From Polymyxa betae A26-41 (Eukaryota > Protista > Endomyxa: Phytomyxea): a DNA stretch of 64,000 bases. The translations under genes were made by a program, and so were the position numbers. Below the pieces are notes generated by a model. It did not search any database. It was not told the origin of the DNA and saw only the letters and a program-made list of their open reading frames with translations. Each line of letters opens with the position of its first letter. Within the stretch, counting starts at the first letter, position 1. Below, one piece after another: positions 25,070-37,635 of this stretch. The stretch lies in assembly GCA_003693705.1 (NCBI GenBank), contig RBZT01000125.1, forward strand, positions 1 to 64,000, read 5' to 3'.

Positions 25070-26364
25070 TCAGATAGTGGATAGCTTCTGAAATCGCTCT
25101 CGTTGACGTTGCGCCAGGAAATGATTCACTTGATCGATATGGAGAAGTAATTGATGATTATCAAGATTACCAATCTCGTGCTGATAGGGTACTGGCCCAT
25201 GTTCAGGTGTAAATGTCAACCTCTATGACCCATATTAGATAATATGAGGGAAAGATTACAGCAGATGATATTTACATGACGATCTGTATTCTGAATTTGA
25301 TAGACAAGAGCTGCATCCCACCATGATTCAAATAATCGTAATTGTCGATCCCATTTTGAATGTCGTGGATCTGGTACTTGTGGACCTTGACTAAAACCAA
25401 CACGACCTGACAAACAATAGTTATTAGGAAACAGAACGTTCTTTATAGATCAAGAATACCTTGTACATGACGAACACGTTCGATGACAAATTGGATAGAT
25501 TCATGAAGGAGATTTCTCTGAAGACTATCAGGAGATGCATGAGGTTCTGGATCAGCATCAAATTCAGCAACACACGTCCAATGTGAGAAATCAGCAACCA
25601 GATATAGATCAGGGATCGCCTTCACATATTGTACAGTAACCCAAGGTGAATATAATAATCGACCACGATGTGTCTCATGTAATAATAATGGAGCAGGAAT
25701 ATGAGATGGTAATCGTGGAATCCAATCTGATCTATACCATTCATGCATTGATTGAATTAATTCAACACCATCTGTAAATGACATGGAATCGTGACCAGTA
25801 AAACAATTAATTGATGGAATACGATCAATGAGACCAATTTCAAGTATTTTCTCCCTGAATAAACAAACCAGTTTAACGAAGCGATAAAACAGCAGTAGAG
25901 CTATACATTTGACATTTCCAGGCCTGAAATTGAGTTTTCCATGAACTCGCAGGTCCAGCTTTGAGATCATCTTCTATAAATGGATCACATCCATCTGATC
26001 AGCATAATAAATCCATTAAACATGATCAAGAGTTATGGGATTTACCAATAGGACCAGATGTGAATACGATCGGAATCTGAATTTCAAATTAACAGAACTA
26101 TATTATGGTGAGAGGGTACCCTTATTACCCATTGAAGGTTGTGCTCTTTAATAAGCTTACAGAATTGATTCTGTCTATAAGCGGTTGCAATTGAGCACTC
26201 GATACCTATTAGAGATGGATATTCGCCAACAGATTGGTGACGAAAAATGTACCTCCATATTCGGATTTTACGAGATGTTGTATGAATTCGTTAATTGAAA
26301 GATATCCATCATCATCAGCAAGTAATCCCCATGTAGGTCGAAATACAACTAATGATGATGCCAT
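25070..26364 (-). CDS. Xylose isomerase-like TIM-barrel (sugar phosphate isomerase/epimerase family), multi-exon
   Basis: VFRPTWG, HETHRGR, ADFSHWTCVAE, GRVGFSQGPQVPDPR, FTPEHGPVPYQ. Confidence 0.8.
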
Positions 26365-26385
26365 TATAATAATGACAACGCAATA

Positions 26386-26530
26386 AGTCTATAATAGATC
26401 TACTACAGTGTATACAATACTAGAATATCAATATTATGGCAATCAACAGAGTCTATAATAGATCTACTACTATACTGTATACAGTATAGTGAGTATAGTA
26501 TATCGATATCAATATTATGGCAATCAACAG
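26386..26530. repeat. Two-copy tandem duplication with an internal palindrome
   Basis: AGTCTATAATAGATCTACTAC...ATATCAATATTATGGCAATCAACAG occurs twice. Copy 2 contains the palindrome ACTATACTGTATACAGTATAGT. Confidence 0.75.
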
Positions 26531-26618
26531 TGCCTATACCGCTGAACTTCCACATGACAGTAATTAATTTGTTAAGGACAGCAGTAGAAAGCAGTAGTAT
26601 GCTTAAAGTGGATATAAT

Positions 26619-27442
26619 TTACTGTGCAATTTGTGATAGGAGTTGCTGTTTACGATATTCGAGAAGCTGTTGATCAAGCTCAGTCTGAGTTGGAATACGA
26701 ATTGGTGGTCTTGGTTCACGAAGAGTTGCTTCTAGATCACGATTAACATCCATCTGATCCCGTTCAGATTCACTTAATACACCAACAGCTTTATGCCAGG
26801 CTCTCAGTTCAGACTTTCTCTCAAGCCGTTCCAGATCAGCGAGATTCTCATCAAATAGACCGTAATAATGGGAATCAACAGCCTGATTGAGTTTCTTAAG
26901 ATCATATTTCCTTTCATATGCAGCAGATTCAGCTGCTCTCTTCTCTAATAATTCACGTACACCCGGCAGATCACGAGCAGCACCAAAATATAGATATCCA
27001 CCATGACCTTGTACAATTTTACCATCTGTATCGGTTATAACAGGACCTCGAGAGTAATCTCCACCACCCAATTGACGACATCGAGTCTCCCAATGCCTTT
27101 TCTCAACCAAAAGCTTATTGATTTGATCATTTAAATCACGAATACGATGTTCACCAATAGAACCGTTTTGGATCCGGGTCACAGATACACTAATCTCTCT
27201 CAAAACCTAAACCAATCAATGTTAACAGATGCATAACAGTAATAAACCTTTTAAAACAATCAAAGCGAGAATAAGGAGTTAATTGATACCTGCTTCCTCC
27301 ATCGTTCTGCCTGATCTAATGTCTGACATTGACTAGCTAGAAATGGACGTCTAGTCTCTTTGGGCTGTGGTGCTGGCTCTCCACGTTTATATGCCAGCCA
27401 TCTGTTAAGCATAGATTGGGCTTTCTCTTCATTTCGAGCCAT
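26619..27442 (-). CDS. ISY1: Pre-mRNA splicing factor ISY1, 2 exons
   Basis: MARNEEKAQSMLNRW, IRDLNDQINKL..EKRHWE, YFGAARDLPGVRELL. Confidence 0.95.
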
Positions 27443-27788
27443 TGTTGATAAATAGAAATTTCTACGAGAATTTGCTAATAAACTGCGCTGCAGGAACTCT
27501 GTGCTATGTAACGTCATCATCATGTATTTTATTGTTACTTATACAGAGTACTACATACACAATATCATTCATTCAATATCACATTCTAATACATGATATT
27601 ATAATCATCAGCGGAACTGGTATGGAAACCAGCTCCATGTATCATTACAGAACGGCTTTCTGCCACATATTTTCATTAATGAACTGTCTCCACAAGTATT
27701 TTCCCGTTGAATCGGACCCAAACAAACTGATGAAGACTGCATTTGATCGGCCGACGTCCTTGTTATTCATTTGTGTGTCAACTGAATA

Positions 27789-30765
27789 ATGACATCGTCA
27801 AGTTCATATACAGCTGTAGTTGGTATAGATTTTGGTACAGGTGGCTATGCAATAGCTATTGGATATAAAGAATCAACATGGATTGTATCACATGATACGA
27901 CACAGCATCGTTCTGTGCAAAAGAATAGGTTCAGTTTTATACAATCTAATATATCGGCAACTGATTTCTAAATAGTGCTGCTTTGTTGGGCAAAGCCGAA
28001 TTCAACACAAATCGTTATGCGGAAGGCGATATCGAATTCCATAAGCTAGGCTATAATGCAATAACAATATTTGCCGATCTACCAGCAGAAGAACGTGAAA
28101 GTTTTGTTCTGTTTCCAAGTGCTAAGATGTCTCTATACGAGATGGAAGATGCAGAAGCTCTTGCTACAGCAGTTAATGGTGCTACAGCACCCGCATCAGA
28201 CATTATAAGAATGGCACTGACACAAATACATTCGGAAGCATCAAAGTCAGTTAGCTCACTCAGTGATATACTATGGGTAATTACAGTACCTGCTATCTGG
28301 TAATTTATCATTCCAATCGTATCTGCAATGCTCTTAATGGATAAATAGGTCAGATGCTGCCAAGCAGATTATGAGAGAAGCAGCAAGCAAAGGTTCAACT
28401 AACAGAATCTGATATCTAATATTTGCTAATCGTCTGTCATTGCAGCTGGTATTCCAGATGGACATTTAATATTTGCATTGGAGCCCGAGACAGCCTCAAT
28501 AGCTTGTCGAATGAGTCCCGGACGAGAATGTAATATTGAACCTCTTGATACTCGATCTTCATATATGGTTGTGGATGCTGGTAAAGGAACTGTTGATATT
28601 ACAGTTCATCAAGTTCAAAATGATCGCCTTAGTGATGTCACGTATGTTGATATATCAGATTTTTACTCATGAATATTGAGATTGTATATTTAGAATACCA
28701 CGAGGTGGTCCTTGTGGTTCTGGTGTTGTAGACAACATGTTCTTACAACTCTTGAACCAATGTTTCTCTACTGAAGCTATGGATGACTTCAAGAGCGCCA
28801 TGCCTAATGAATGGCTGGAGATCATGGCTAAATTTGAGTACCTGAAATGTCGTGGTGATATCAATAATGGCAAGATGAAATCTCTGGAACTGGGCAACAA
28901 ATTCCTGTTTCATGTCAGAAATGCTGTTGATGATAACAAGGGAAAGATTCCAGAAGGTGTCTCTATCCATGATAGATTCGCCACATTAGATTTGAGTCCA
29001 GAAGCTGTATACAGTTTATATCAACCATCATTAGATCATGTCTACTCACTTGTATCTGAGTATGTATTAATCAGTGCTCAATATTAACATAATCTAATTC
29101 TATTATACAGGAGTCTGGCTGATCCAAATGTTAAAGAATCATGTAAGACGTTATTCCTAGTTGGTGGATATGCATCATGTCCGTTTCTCCATGATACCAT
29201 TCAAAGAGCCATTGATGACGCCCGTTTATCAATCGACATAATCCGTCCTCTAGAACCTGCATGTAATCTAATTAAGTCGATTGTATAATCGAATGCTAAC
29301 TTTAATCTAGTGGCTGTGGTTCGAGGTGCTGTTATGTATGGTTTAGATCCAACTGTTTTGTCAGCACGAATGTCTCGCCATACTATTGCTGTTGCTGTCA
29401 CGGTCCCATATGATCCCGTTGCACATTCTGGCAAACAAATGGTGGAGATCGAAGGTAAACAGTACTGCACTGATGCACTTGATGTTCTTGTTAAGAAAGG
29501 ACAGCGAGTAAAGTCAAGTCAGGTATGGATTGGCTAATTTGTAGGAATATGTGGTCGTCATTTTGATATTGGATGCAGATGGTTGAGCATGTCTATTCGC
29601 CATTAATTGCAGATCGACTTGTTCAAAATGTATCAGTAGTTCAAATTTATCACTCTTCAAAAGAAGATATCAAATACGCTGGAGAAGAAAACGTCCGGCT
29701 GGCAGGTGAACGTCTTTGACGATTATGATCACACCAAACTAATGTGGAATACCTGCATAGGTGAATTGATCGTTAAGATCCCCTCGGAGATCGATTCCGA
29801 CCAAATCCGGGTTCGGCTGAACTTCGGTTCGACCGAGACCAAAGCGTCAGCGTCGATGGCCAATGGCTTGCCAGTTGAATGTGCATTGGACTTTTTGAGT
29901 AGTGGTCGCCGTCGTGGTCATGTACGTATATGCTCTATAGTGATGTTTAACTTGATATTGACCCTTTTGATAGCATATTATTACAGTAGATATATGCTTC
30001 GTGATGGATTGCACAGGTTCTATGGCAGCATATATAGATGCTGCTAAAGATCAGCTTGTTGCTATTGGCAACAGTGTTATCAGACAGCTCTCCAGCAGAG
30101 ATGAAGTAATCTGTCACCAAATCGCTCTATTTCACAGCTTATGTCTGGTCAGGTGTGCACTTTACGATTTGCCTTTGTCGGATATCGCGATTTCTGTGAT
30201 TCTCCGCAAGATCGCCTACAAGCTATTGATTTTACGGGCGATTTTTACGAGGTGAGGAAATTCATAGCTCGTCAAGATGCTTTCGGAGGCGGAGATGGGT
30301 AATCTACTGCATATCTTGCTGAATTTGGCCTTATTTCGTACAAAGCCCTGAAGATCTTTTGGGTGGATTGAACCATGTTGCATCGCTGAACTGGAATGCA
30401 AAGAATCGATTCATCGTATTATCAGCAGATGCCCCATGTCACGGTGTCGAATATTCTGGAACAAACAGCGGCGATTCGTATCCTGAAGTAGGAATTAATG
30501 ATCACGATTGAGTTGGGATTAACTTGTAAAATAGGGTAATCCCGACGGGCTCACTGCTCAAGCCGTTTTTGACAAGATTTCCGGTCTGAAGGCCCAGCTG
30601 CTGTTTACCAAAATCACATCGTTCACTGACCTTATGATCGACAAGTTCCAGGAAAAGTATCCAATTTCCGAGATAGACATGTCGTCCACAAACTGTATCA
30701 ATCAATTTGGTCGGTCGTTGACGAGCGAGATTGTGGGATATATCAAGCGACACGAGAATTACTGA
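27789..30765 (+). CDS. HSPA12-like atypical Hsp70 fused to a C-terminal von Willebrand A domain, multi-exon
   Basis: Hsp70 part: VVGIDFGT, WVITVPAIW|SDAAKQIMREAA, LEPETAS, VVDAGKGTVD, LFLVGGY, AVVRGAV. VWA part: DICFVMDCTGSM, AFVGYRDF, GGGDG|PEDLLGGL, ADAPCHG. Confidence 0.82.
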
Positions 30766-30884
30766 TATATTATTTGATTCGGCATTCGAAAAATAAAGTG
30801 GTTATCGTCTAATCAAGCTTTCCCAGCGATAGGTTGTCTTTGGGCAGCCATGCAAACTGGCGTGTCGATTACGATTTCACTTTC

Positions 30885-33486
30885 TCATGGAGCTTCGGAT
30901 TCGAATGGTTCTAGTTCTTCCCCATCGACCGGCTCTTTCTGTTCTCCCGGTTGCTTCTGCTCGCCCTCAGAGTTTTTCGTAAAAGCATTGGCGATGTCAA
31001 ACTCAAATCGCGAGCTATAGAATTGAACACTGCCGAGGTCTACCAACGACCGGCCACTGAAGAATTCTGTTTGCTTGTCATCGAGGTTTACCCTGGACGA
31101 AAAAAATTCCTCTTCTTCTTCGGAGTTTCCTGGATCGGGGATGATCTCTTCGTCATAAATCGGCAAAGAAGGCACCTCCAAAGCTGCATTCAGGATGCGA
31201 TGGCGAGTTAAACATTTTGGGCCGACTTGACAGCATCGTAAACGGTATGCCTGATTAGGCCACGATATATCCTTTTCTCCTCGGAATTCGATTCCGCAAA
31301 CGATACCACCATCATTGCAAGTAAGGTAGCTATAGAGCGGTGATGATGGCATTGGTAGGGAACTCCATTGTGTAAAGCCCACGCTTTCTACAGCAACTAA
31401 GGATAACAACAGTGATGGAGAGCAATGCTTACTGATAGGCTGACTCGACTTGGAACATTTTAAACTGGCAAACGTGTTTGACCCTTGAAGTGTGATGCAA
31501 TTTCGTATGAAACCGAGACCACTTGCATAATAACCTTCAGGGCAGGTTACGGCCCTCGATCTGAAGAATGAGGTCATCATCGATTAACGGATAAACAGCA
31601 TATACTGACGACAAGCCATCAGATCCTGAGGGAGAAACCAGAACAGGGGAGACCCAGTCACCAGATTCCAAAGAGATATCAAATCGTGTACTACATCCGA
31701 CGTTAAACCGAAGATGATTACATCCCTTTCCAACTGATAACTGGACGCCCGTCTGTGTTTCATTCAATGGGTGGTCAATAGCAGATGCAGTTGTGGTTGT
31801 CTACCAAAACGTTTTCTCCAGGGCAGATAAGCGTAGGATGGGCTTGCTGTACGACCGACATCCCGTATGTGCAAGGGCCAGTATGTCTAGTTTGGTCTAA
31901 ATCGAACCTCACGCTGGGGCATATCGGAACAGGTGGCAGTAGTGACTCCTTTGGCTCACATTGGCCCCCGATGTACTGAAATATGCAATTCAGTGAGTTC
32001 ATTCAGCATTAGCGATTTGTTGTTTACAAGGCAAAATTCAGAAAACGCCTTTTCAACAGCATCGCGTCGTTCTTTGCCAACGAATGCAGATATCTTAGTC
32101 AAAGCATATCGAACAGGAGCTGTCCCCAATTCTTAGCAGATGCCAAAACTCTAAGCTTCCAAACTGACCTGGTTCATTTAATCGCATAGGAAGCCATTTA
32201 TCCAGGAATTCCTGAGGAGGGTCTTCTGGTGTACCGATCATTTCTTCAATGAGCATATGCTGGGCTAAGAACGACTGAAGCTCTTTGGATCGTTCAAGGG
32301 AAGTACTTGTGCCAATTTTTCCCATGATTTTGCCTGTTTGTAATGCGGCAGCAAGTTTGACATTGAAACCGACTCCCAACAACTGCACGCTCAATCAGTT
32401 TTGTGATAGACATCTGGATTTCGGATACTTCTGCAAACTCAGTTTCAGACATTCCATACGTCCTGATAAGCCTAGAGGACAATTTAGAAATCGCTCAAAC
32501 CGGATACTGCTCTACGGTTTGTACTTACTTGGATCCCATCCAAATTTTTGTGACCACGTGTGTCCCGAAATTTGTCTGTACTTCACATTCACTGCAAGAG
32601 ATTTGCATTTGAAAAGCATCTTACCAGAAATTTTACAAAGGTATCACGATTATCTGCAGTGTATTCGGACGGAAGTTCAGCAACTCCAGAAAGAAAATCA
32701 TTGCTAAAAGGAGGCGGATCATACATTAAAATTCGGGCTGCATACTGCTCGCAGGAAGAAATCGAATCGACGAAGACATCGCGGTTTTTCCGGCACCTGT
32801 CACGGCTTCAGAATAAAAGCATCGACAAAATATCGCGAAACCTACCTCTGGCTTATGCGTTGAAACATTCCATTAGCAGAGAATGGAACTCCAGTAAAAT
32901 TTGCTTCGAAAGAATGCTTTAATATCTAGGCATAATATTGTGTAAAGTTACAACAATCATCCAAGTAATTCGGAACTTACGTTGGCGAAATCGTTTTCGT
33001 CCAGAATTTCTCTTGAAATAGATTCCGAATTACAAGAGGATGCTCTGTGAGCATCAACACCTGTTCAACATATCAATAATATCCCGGGGAACCAATCGCA
33101 CAGACCATCCGGTATCTTATATGTGCCATCAACAGTTGTAGTTCCTAAGGTGTATCGGGAAGTATCAAATACTGGCACTGGAAATCTATTAAGATGTTGT
33201 CAACATTATAGAGAAATATCACACCTGTTAATCCTTGATCGAAGCCTTCATCTTGTGGATTACCGGTGAACTGATTGTATCTAACATAACATATTAGGAT
33301 TTCCCTTCTTCCAAACGAGCGGCAGATGACTATTCGTACCCGAAACCTAAATATCCCTGGACAATTTGGAAATTAATAATCTGAATCCATTTCGGAAAGA
33401 GCATCACATACGATGTTGTTAAAAGTTGGAAGGTCGGCGGTGGTAGCGGCGACCAAGATTGCTACGCCGATGAGACAGCAGGTCAT
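30885..33486 (-). CDS. Secreted MACPF (perforin-like) domain protein with a Cys-containing C-terminal region, multi-exon
   Basis: Signal peptide MTCCLIGVAILVAATTA; YNQFTGNP..DQG; DFLSGVAELP..FVKFL|..FGTHVVTKIWMG; APVRYALTKISAF. Confidence 0.78.
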
Positions 33487-34354
33487 AATCACAGCTAATA
33501 ATCAAGTGACGTCTAATGGTGACAATCCAATGCTGTTATTCAATTGTGTTACTTGAAGTTAATAGGTGTATCTTCACCATAATGAGATGAGAGGGACCCC
33601 TGATCTCAGTCATTCATTGCCATTAGTAGATGACAATTGATGCAGGAGCAGCCCATACTCACTGTCTTTCGTTATCAGGTGAACCAGTTTCCTCAACGAC
33701 TTTAGAAACTTCGAGCAGATTTGTGGACACGACCTATTGCCTCATTGCATGCAACTGATGTAGCTTGCCTCTGTATGGTCAACAGGTGGCGCTAGTTCCA
33801 AAGTGCAAGCCCCCAAGTATTCTAGACATTTGGGCCTCCATAGTATAGATGCTTCATTTTTGGGACATCATGTTGCTCATTGGCTGCCTACCAGATCGCT
33901 AAGAATTCGCGGAGCCCTTTTAATTTCGTCAACTACAACCATGAAATGAATTAGTTTACAACCAGATCAAGCTGCTACTGTATACAGTCGATTTCCCTTT
34001 TTGATCAGCCTCAGTAATAGAGGAGACGAAAGCAGGCCTTGCAGAATAGCTGTACATATATATGAGTTAAGACGAATTCTGAGCTTCTAAGTATCAACAG
34101 GTGGATAAGGATGATCCAACAGATTCACATTGTTTATGGTGAAGGAATTGATAGAGTCGACGACTTGCCAAGCAAACAATTAGCTATGAAACTTTCTTGA
34201 TGGAACTCGCAACTTTGCTATGCCATCAGAAGAGGTGACACCACCATCCACTTTTGATTGTGTCTAAAACAATATAAAATCATCTCCGTCTTATTAACAG
34301 CAGTCGTAAACTGCGCCATCAATATCAAATCCATTAAATAGCTCATTTGGCTAG

Positions 34355-35583
34355 ATGCCTCGCTACAAACTCATTGTTCAATATCTTGGATCATGCTATT
34401 GTGGATTTCAATCGCAGGCATGGCGAGGGCGCTTTAAATCACTCCTAGCTCTGACTGTAATTTTCTTAGGGAACGGCTCTATCTGTTGAACAGACGACAG
34501 TGCAACAGGCTCTTGAGGCAGCTTTAAGCAAGCTTGTACCAGGGTCTCCTGTTCCTAAGGCCGTTGGATGTGGTCGTACTGATACCGGCGTACACGCGTT
34601 GGGAATGCCGGTCCATGTAGATATCGAGCGATTATGCAGAAAAACAGGCAAGCCTGTCTGGGTTTCCAGTGACCCTCTATGTCTTTATTAACGAATCTGT
34701 AGAAAGATCCATTCTCTGATGAAACATTACTAACATCAATCAATTATCATCTTCGATCTGAAGGTATGTATACTCTTGACACTCAATAGTCTTGTACTAT
34801 ATAACCCACATGGCAGATATCGTGGTGACTGAAGTTAAAGCTGTCTCTGATCAGTTTCACGCCCGACGAAGTTCTACTTCAAGGTCATATCTCTATCGAA
34901 TTGCTCATGGCTGTACACAGCTACCTGTTCTCGAGAGGAGGAGGGTCTTAAGGGTTCGTCGTGAGCTGGATCCCAAAGCAATGCAGGAAGCTGCAAGCAA
35001 ACTTATAGGTCAGCAGCTTCTCATAACATTTTTTAATCTGGAGTTGATCGATGGACAGGAACTCATGATTTTACTTCATTCCGGGCGTTAAGCTGCGAAG
35101 CTGCTTCTCCTATTCGTACCATCACGTCATTTGATGTGATCGAGCAAGATTCCTGTGATATACTCGAGTATGAAGCCAGCTTCGTTCTATCCATTATTGA
35201 ACGTTATTTTAATTAGTATGGTTCGATTCAGGACTCAGAGACCGCCCAACGCAGGCAAACTTCTCAACATTATTGTTAAAGCTAATGGATTCCTTTATCA
35301 TCAGGTAAAGCTGCTAATATGACCTCAGGATTTATTAACTTATTGCTCCGATTTTGTACAGGTTCGCAACATGGTCGCTTTCTTGATATCGGTGGGTAAA
35401 AAAGATCATACACCAGAAGATACCATCTCGATTCTTGAAGTTAAAGATCGAAGTAAAGTTCCTCATATGGTGTCTGCTGAAGCTCTTTACTTTTTCAATG
35501 CAGAATATCCTCCAGAGTTAGAGGTCTTTACAACTTCACAACCTGTTCATTCTGATGCAGTGTCAAATATATCAATTGTATAA
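34355..35583 (+). CDS. TruA-family tRNA pseudouridine synthase, multi-exon
   Basis: [56 protein letters not shown]|VRNMV. Confidence 0.92.
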
Positions 35584-35673
35584 AACTGTCTAAACCTTCC
35601 TTATTGTACACAACATTTCGTTTATTGTAAAATTTCGCAATTTTCTTTTGAAGTGTGATGTGATAGAGTGGTT

Positions 35674-36380
35674 ATGGGAAAGAAAGCCAATGTTATTGCT
35701 GATATTTATACAGTTTTAGCACAAAAGAGAGGATATCCATGTCGATCTGTCTATAAGCTTGAGCAGATAGATCAGCAATATCATCTATGTAGGCCAGATC
35801 TGAAGGTGTTAGATCTTGGTGCTTCACCAGGTATCTATTGATTATGTAGCAGTCTCTTGTTTAATAATTGCAATAGGATCCTGGCTTAAATATGTGTCAA
35901 AGAGAATTGGGTGTCATGGTGCTGTTCTTGGATTAGATATTCAGCCTCTAGATCGAACTCTATCTCTGCAATCAAATGCAAGGTTTTTGCTACAAGATGT
36001 ACTAACATGGAATCCACCAGATCGACTTCAAGGTCGAATAGATCTTGTGATCAGGTACATTGTCATGGTAGAAGATTTACTGCAATGATATCAATGATGA
36101 TTACAGTGATATGGCTCCAAGATCATCTGGAATTAAGACTATAGATTGGGCTATTGCATATGATCTCAATATAGCAGCATTAAGACTTGCAGATATGGTA
36201 CTATCTCCCAGAGGATCGGTTCTGTTAAAGGCCTTTCGAGGTGATCATTTCGATGAACTCAGGGACGCGGCTAAGTCCGTTTTTGAGGACGTTCGATTTG
36301 TTAAACCAAAAGCATCTCGTCCAGAAAGTGCAGAGATATTCTTATTAGCTAGGAATAGAAGACCAATAAACTCTCGATAA
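35674..36380 (+). CDS. RlmE/FtsJ (MRM2-like) rRNA 2'-O-methyltransferase, 3 exons
   Basis: GYPCRSVYKLEQID, VLDLGASPG|SWL, SDMAP, KPKASRPESAEIF. Confidence 0.92.
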
Positions 36381-36580
36381 TAGGCCTTTCATGAATCTGA
36401 TTTCCAACATTTCTCTCTAAATTTAAATACAAGTTTTGAAAAGAAGTGACAATTGGTATGCGAGTATTAAGGCGATGTCAATATAATGATGATATTATCA
36501 AGTTCGGAGTCCGTCACGGGGTCTTGTAGTACTTCGTTTGTCGTTTGAGATTTGGGTTCGTCTCTCGACCTTCTCAAATC

Positions 36581-36946
36581 ATGGTATGAATCATGTCCTT
36601 CTTCTAGCTACCTGTCTAACATGTATCCCAGGTTTCGTATCCAAAGAAGAAGAACACTTACTGCAAGAAATGCCAATGCCATAAGCCACATGCTGTCTCT
36701 CAGTATAAGGCTGGAAAGGCGTCTCTGTTCGCTCAGGGTAAACGTCGTTATGACCGAAAACAGGCTGGTTTCGGTGGTCAGACTAAGCCCATCTTCCACA
36801 AGAAGGCCAAGACTACTAAGAAGATCGTTCTCAAGCTCAAGTGCAACGAATGCAACAGTGTTCGGCAGTCGGTTCTGAAGCGTACCAAACACTTCGAATT
36901 GATCACTGAATCTACCAAGCAGAAGAAGGGTGATGTTGTCTTCTAA
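36581..36946 (+). CDS. RPL36A: 60S ribosomal protein eL42 (L44/L36a); intron directly after the ATG
   Basis: [54 protein letters not shown]. Confidence 0.96.
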
Positions 36947-37635
36947 ACAAATCTCATTTATAGGTATCATATTCTCTCGATCAAATCTGTAGTTGAATAT
37001 TTGGTCCGATATGGGCTAGGATCGCCAAGATTCCATCATAGTTTATTGATTAGTCAGCTACTATCAAGAACCAGTAGCTGTGTTAGAAATAGTCATTTTC
37101 ACTAGATTAGCATTTTGTTGCTGTGAGCGTTCTTGCTTTCCAGTTTGGTCGTGTAGCTATTTCTGTGCTCTATTGGCAGCATTTCAACTAAGACCACAAA
37201 AACTCTCTTCACCAATATCGAAAGTCCAACTTGCGACTGTTCCATAGAAACAGTACAGAGCTTGTTCTTGTCAGCGTGTTGACCAATACAATCGTATTCA
37301 AAAGTTCAACACACATACATGACGGTAGATAAACAATTCAGTTCCGTTTATAAAGCAGAATCATCTGTTTGAGGTCCTTTCATTCGACAAATAAACTTAT
37401 TTGTAGGCTTAAAATATCTACGACCCCGGAATGCTGACAATATTCAACTTCTGAAGATGTACCTTTATCTCGATATTTTGATTTTGAAAGAGATGCTGGT
37501 TAAGGATTTGTTGATAAATTTAGGGGACATATTCATATAATATACAGCGGAGTCCGTGGCGGACATTGATCGCCTTCAAACCTTTTCGCTCAGGTCGCCG
37601 TCGTCGTTGATCCAGCAGCTAATCCCGATCAAGCC

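Noticed and set aside
33490-34350. Long intergenic gap with short ORFs
   Set aside because: No coherent gene or RNA structure found; probably a divergent promoter region.
36552-36970. ORFs 36552-36878(+) and 36608-36970(-)
   Set aside because: Alternative-frame and antisense shadows of the eL42 gene.
37102-37245. 47-aa minus ORF between eL42 and uS8
   Set aside because: No motif and no consistent upstream exon.
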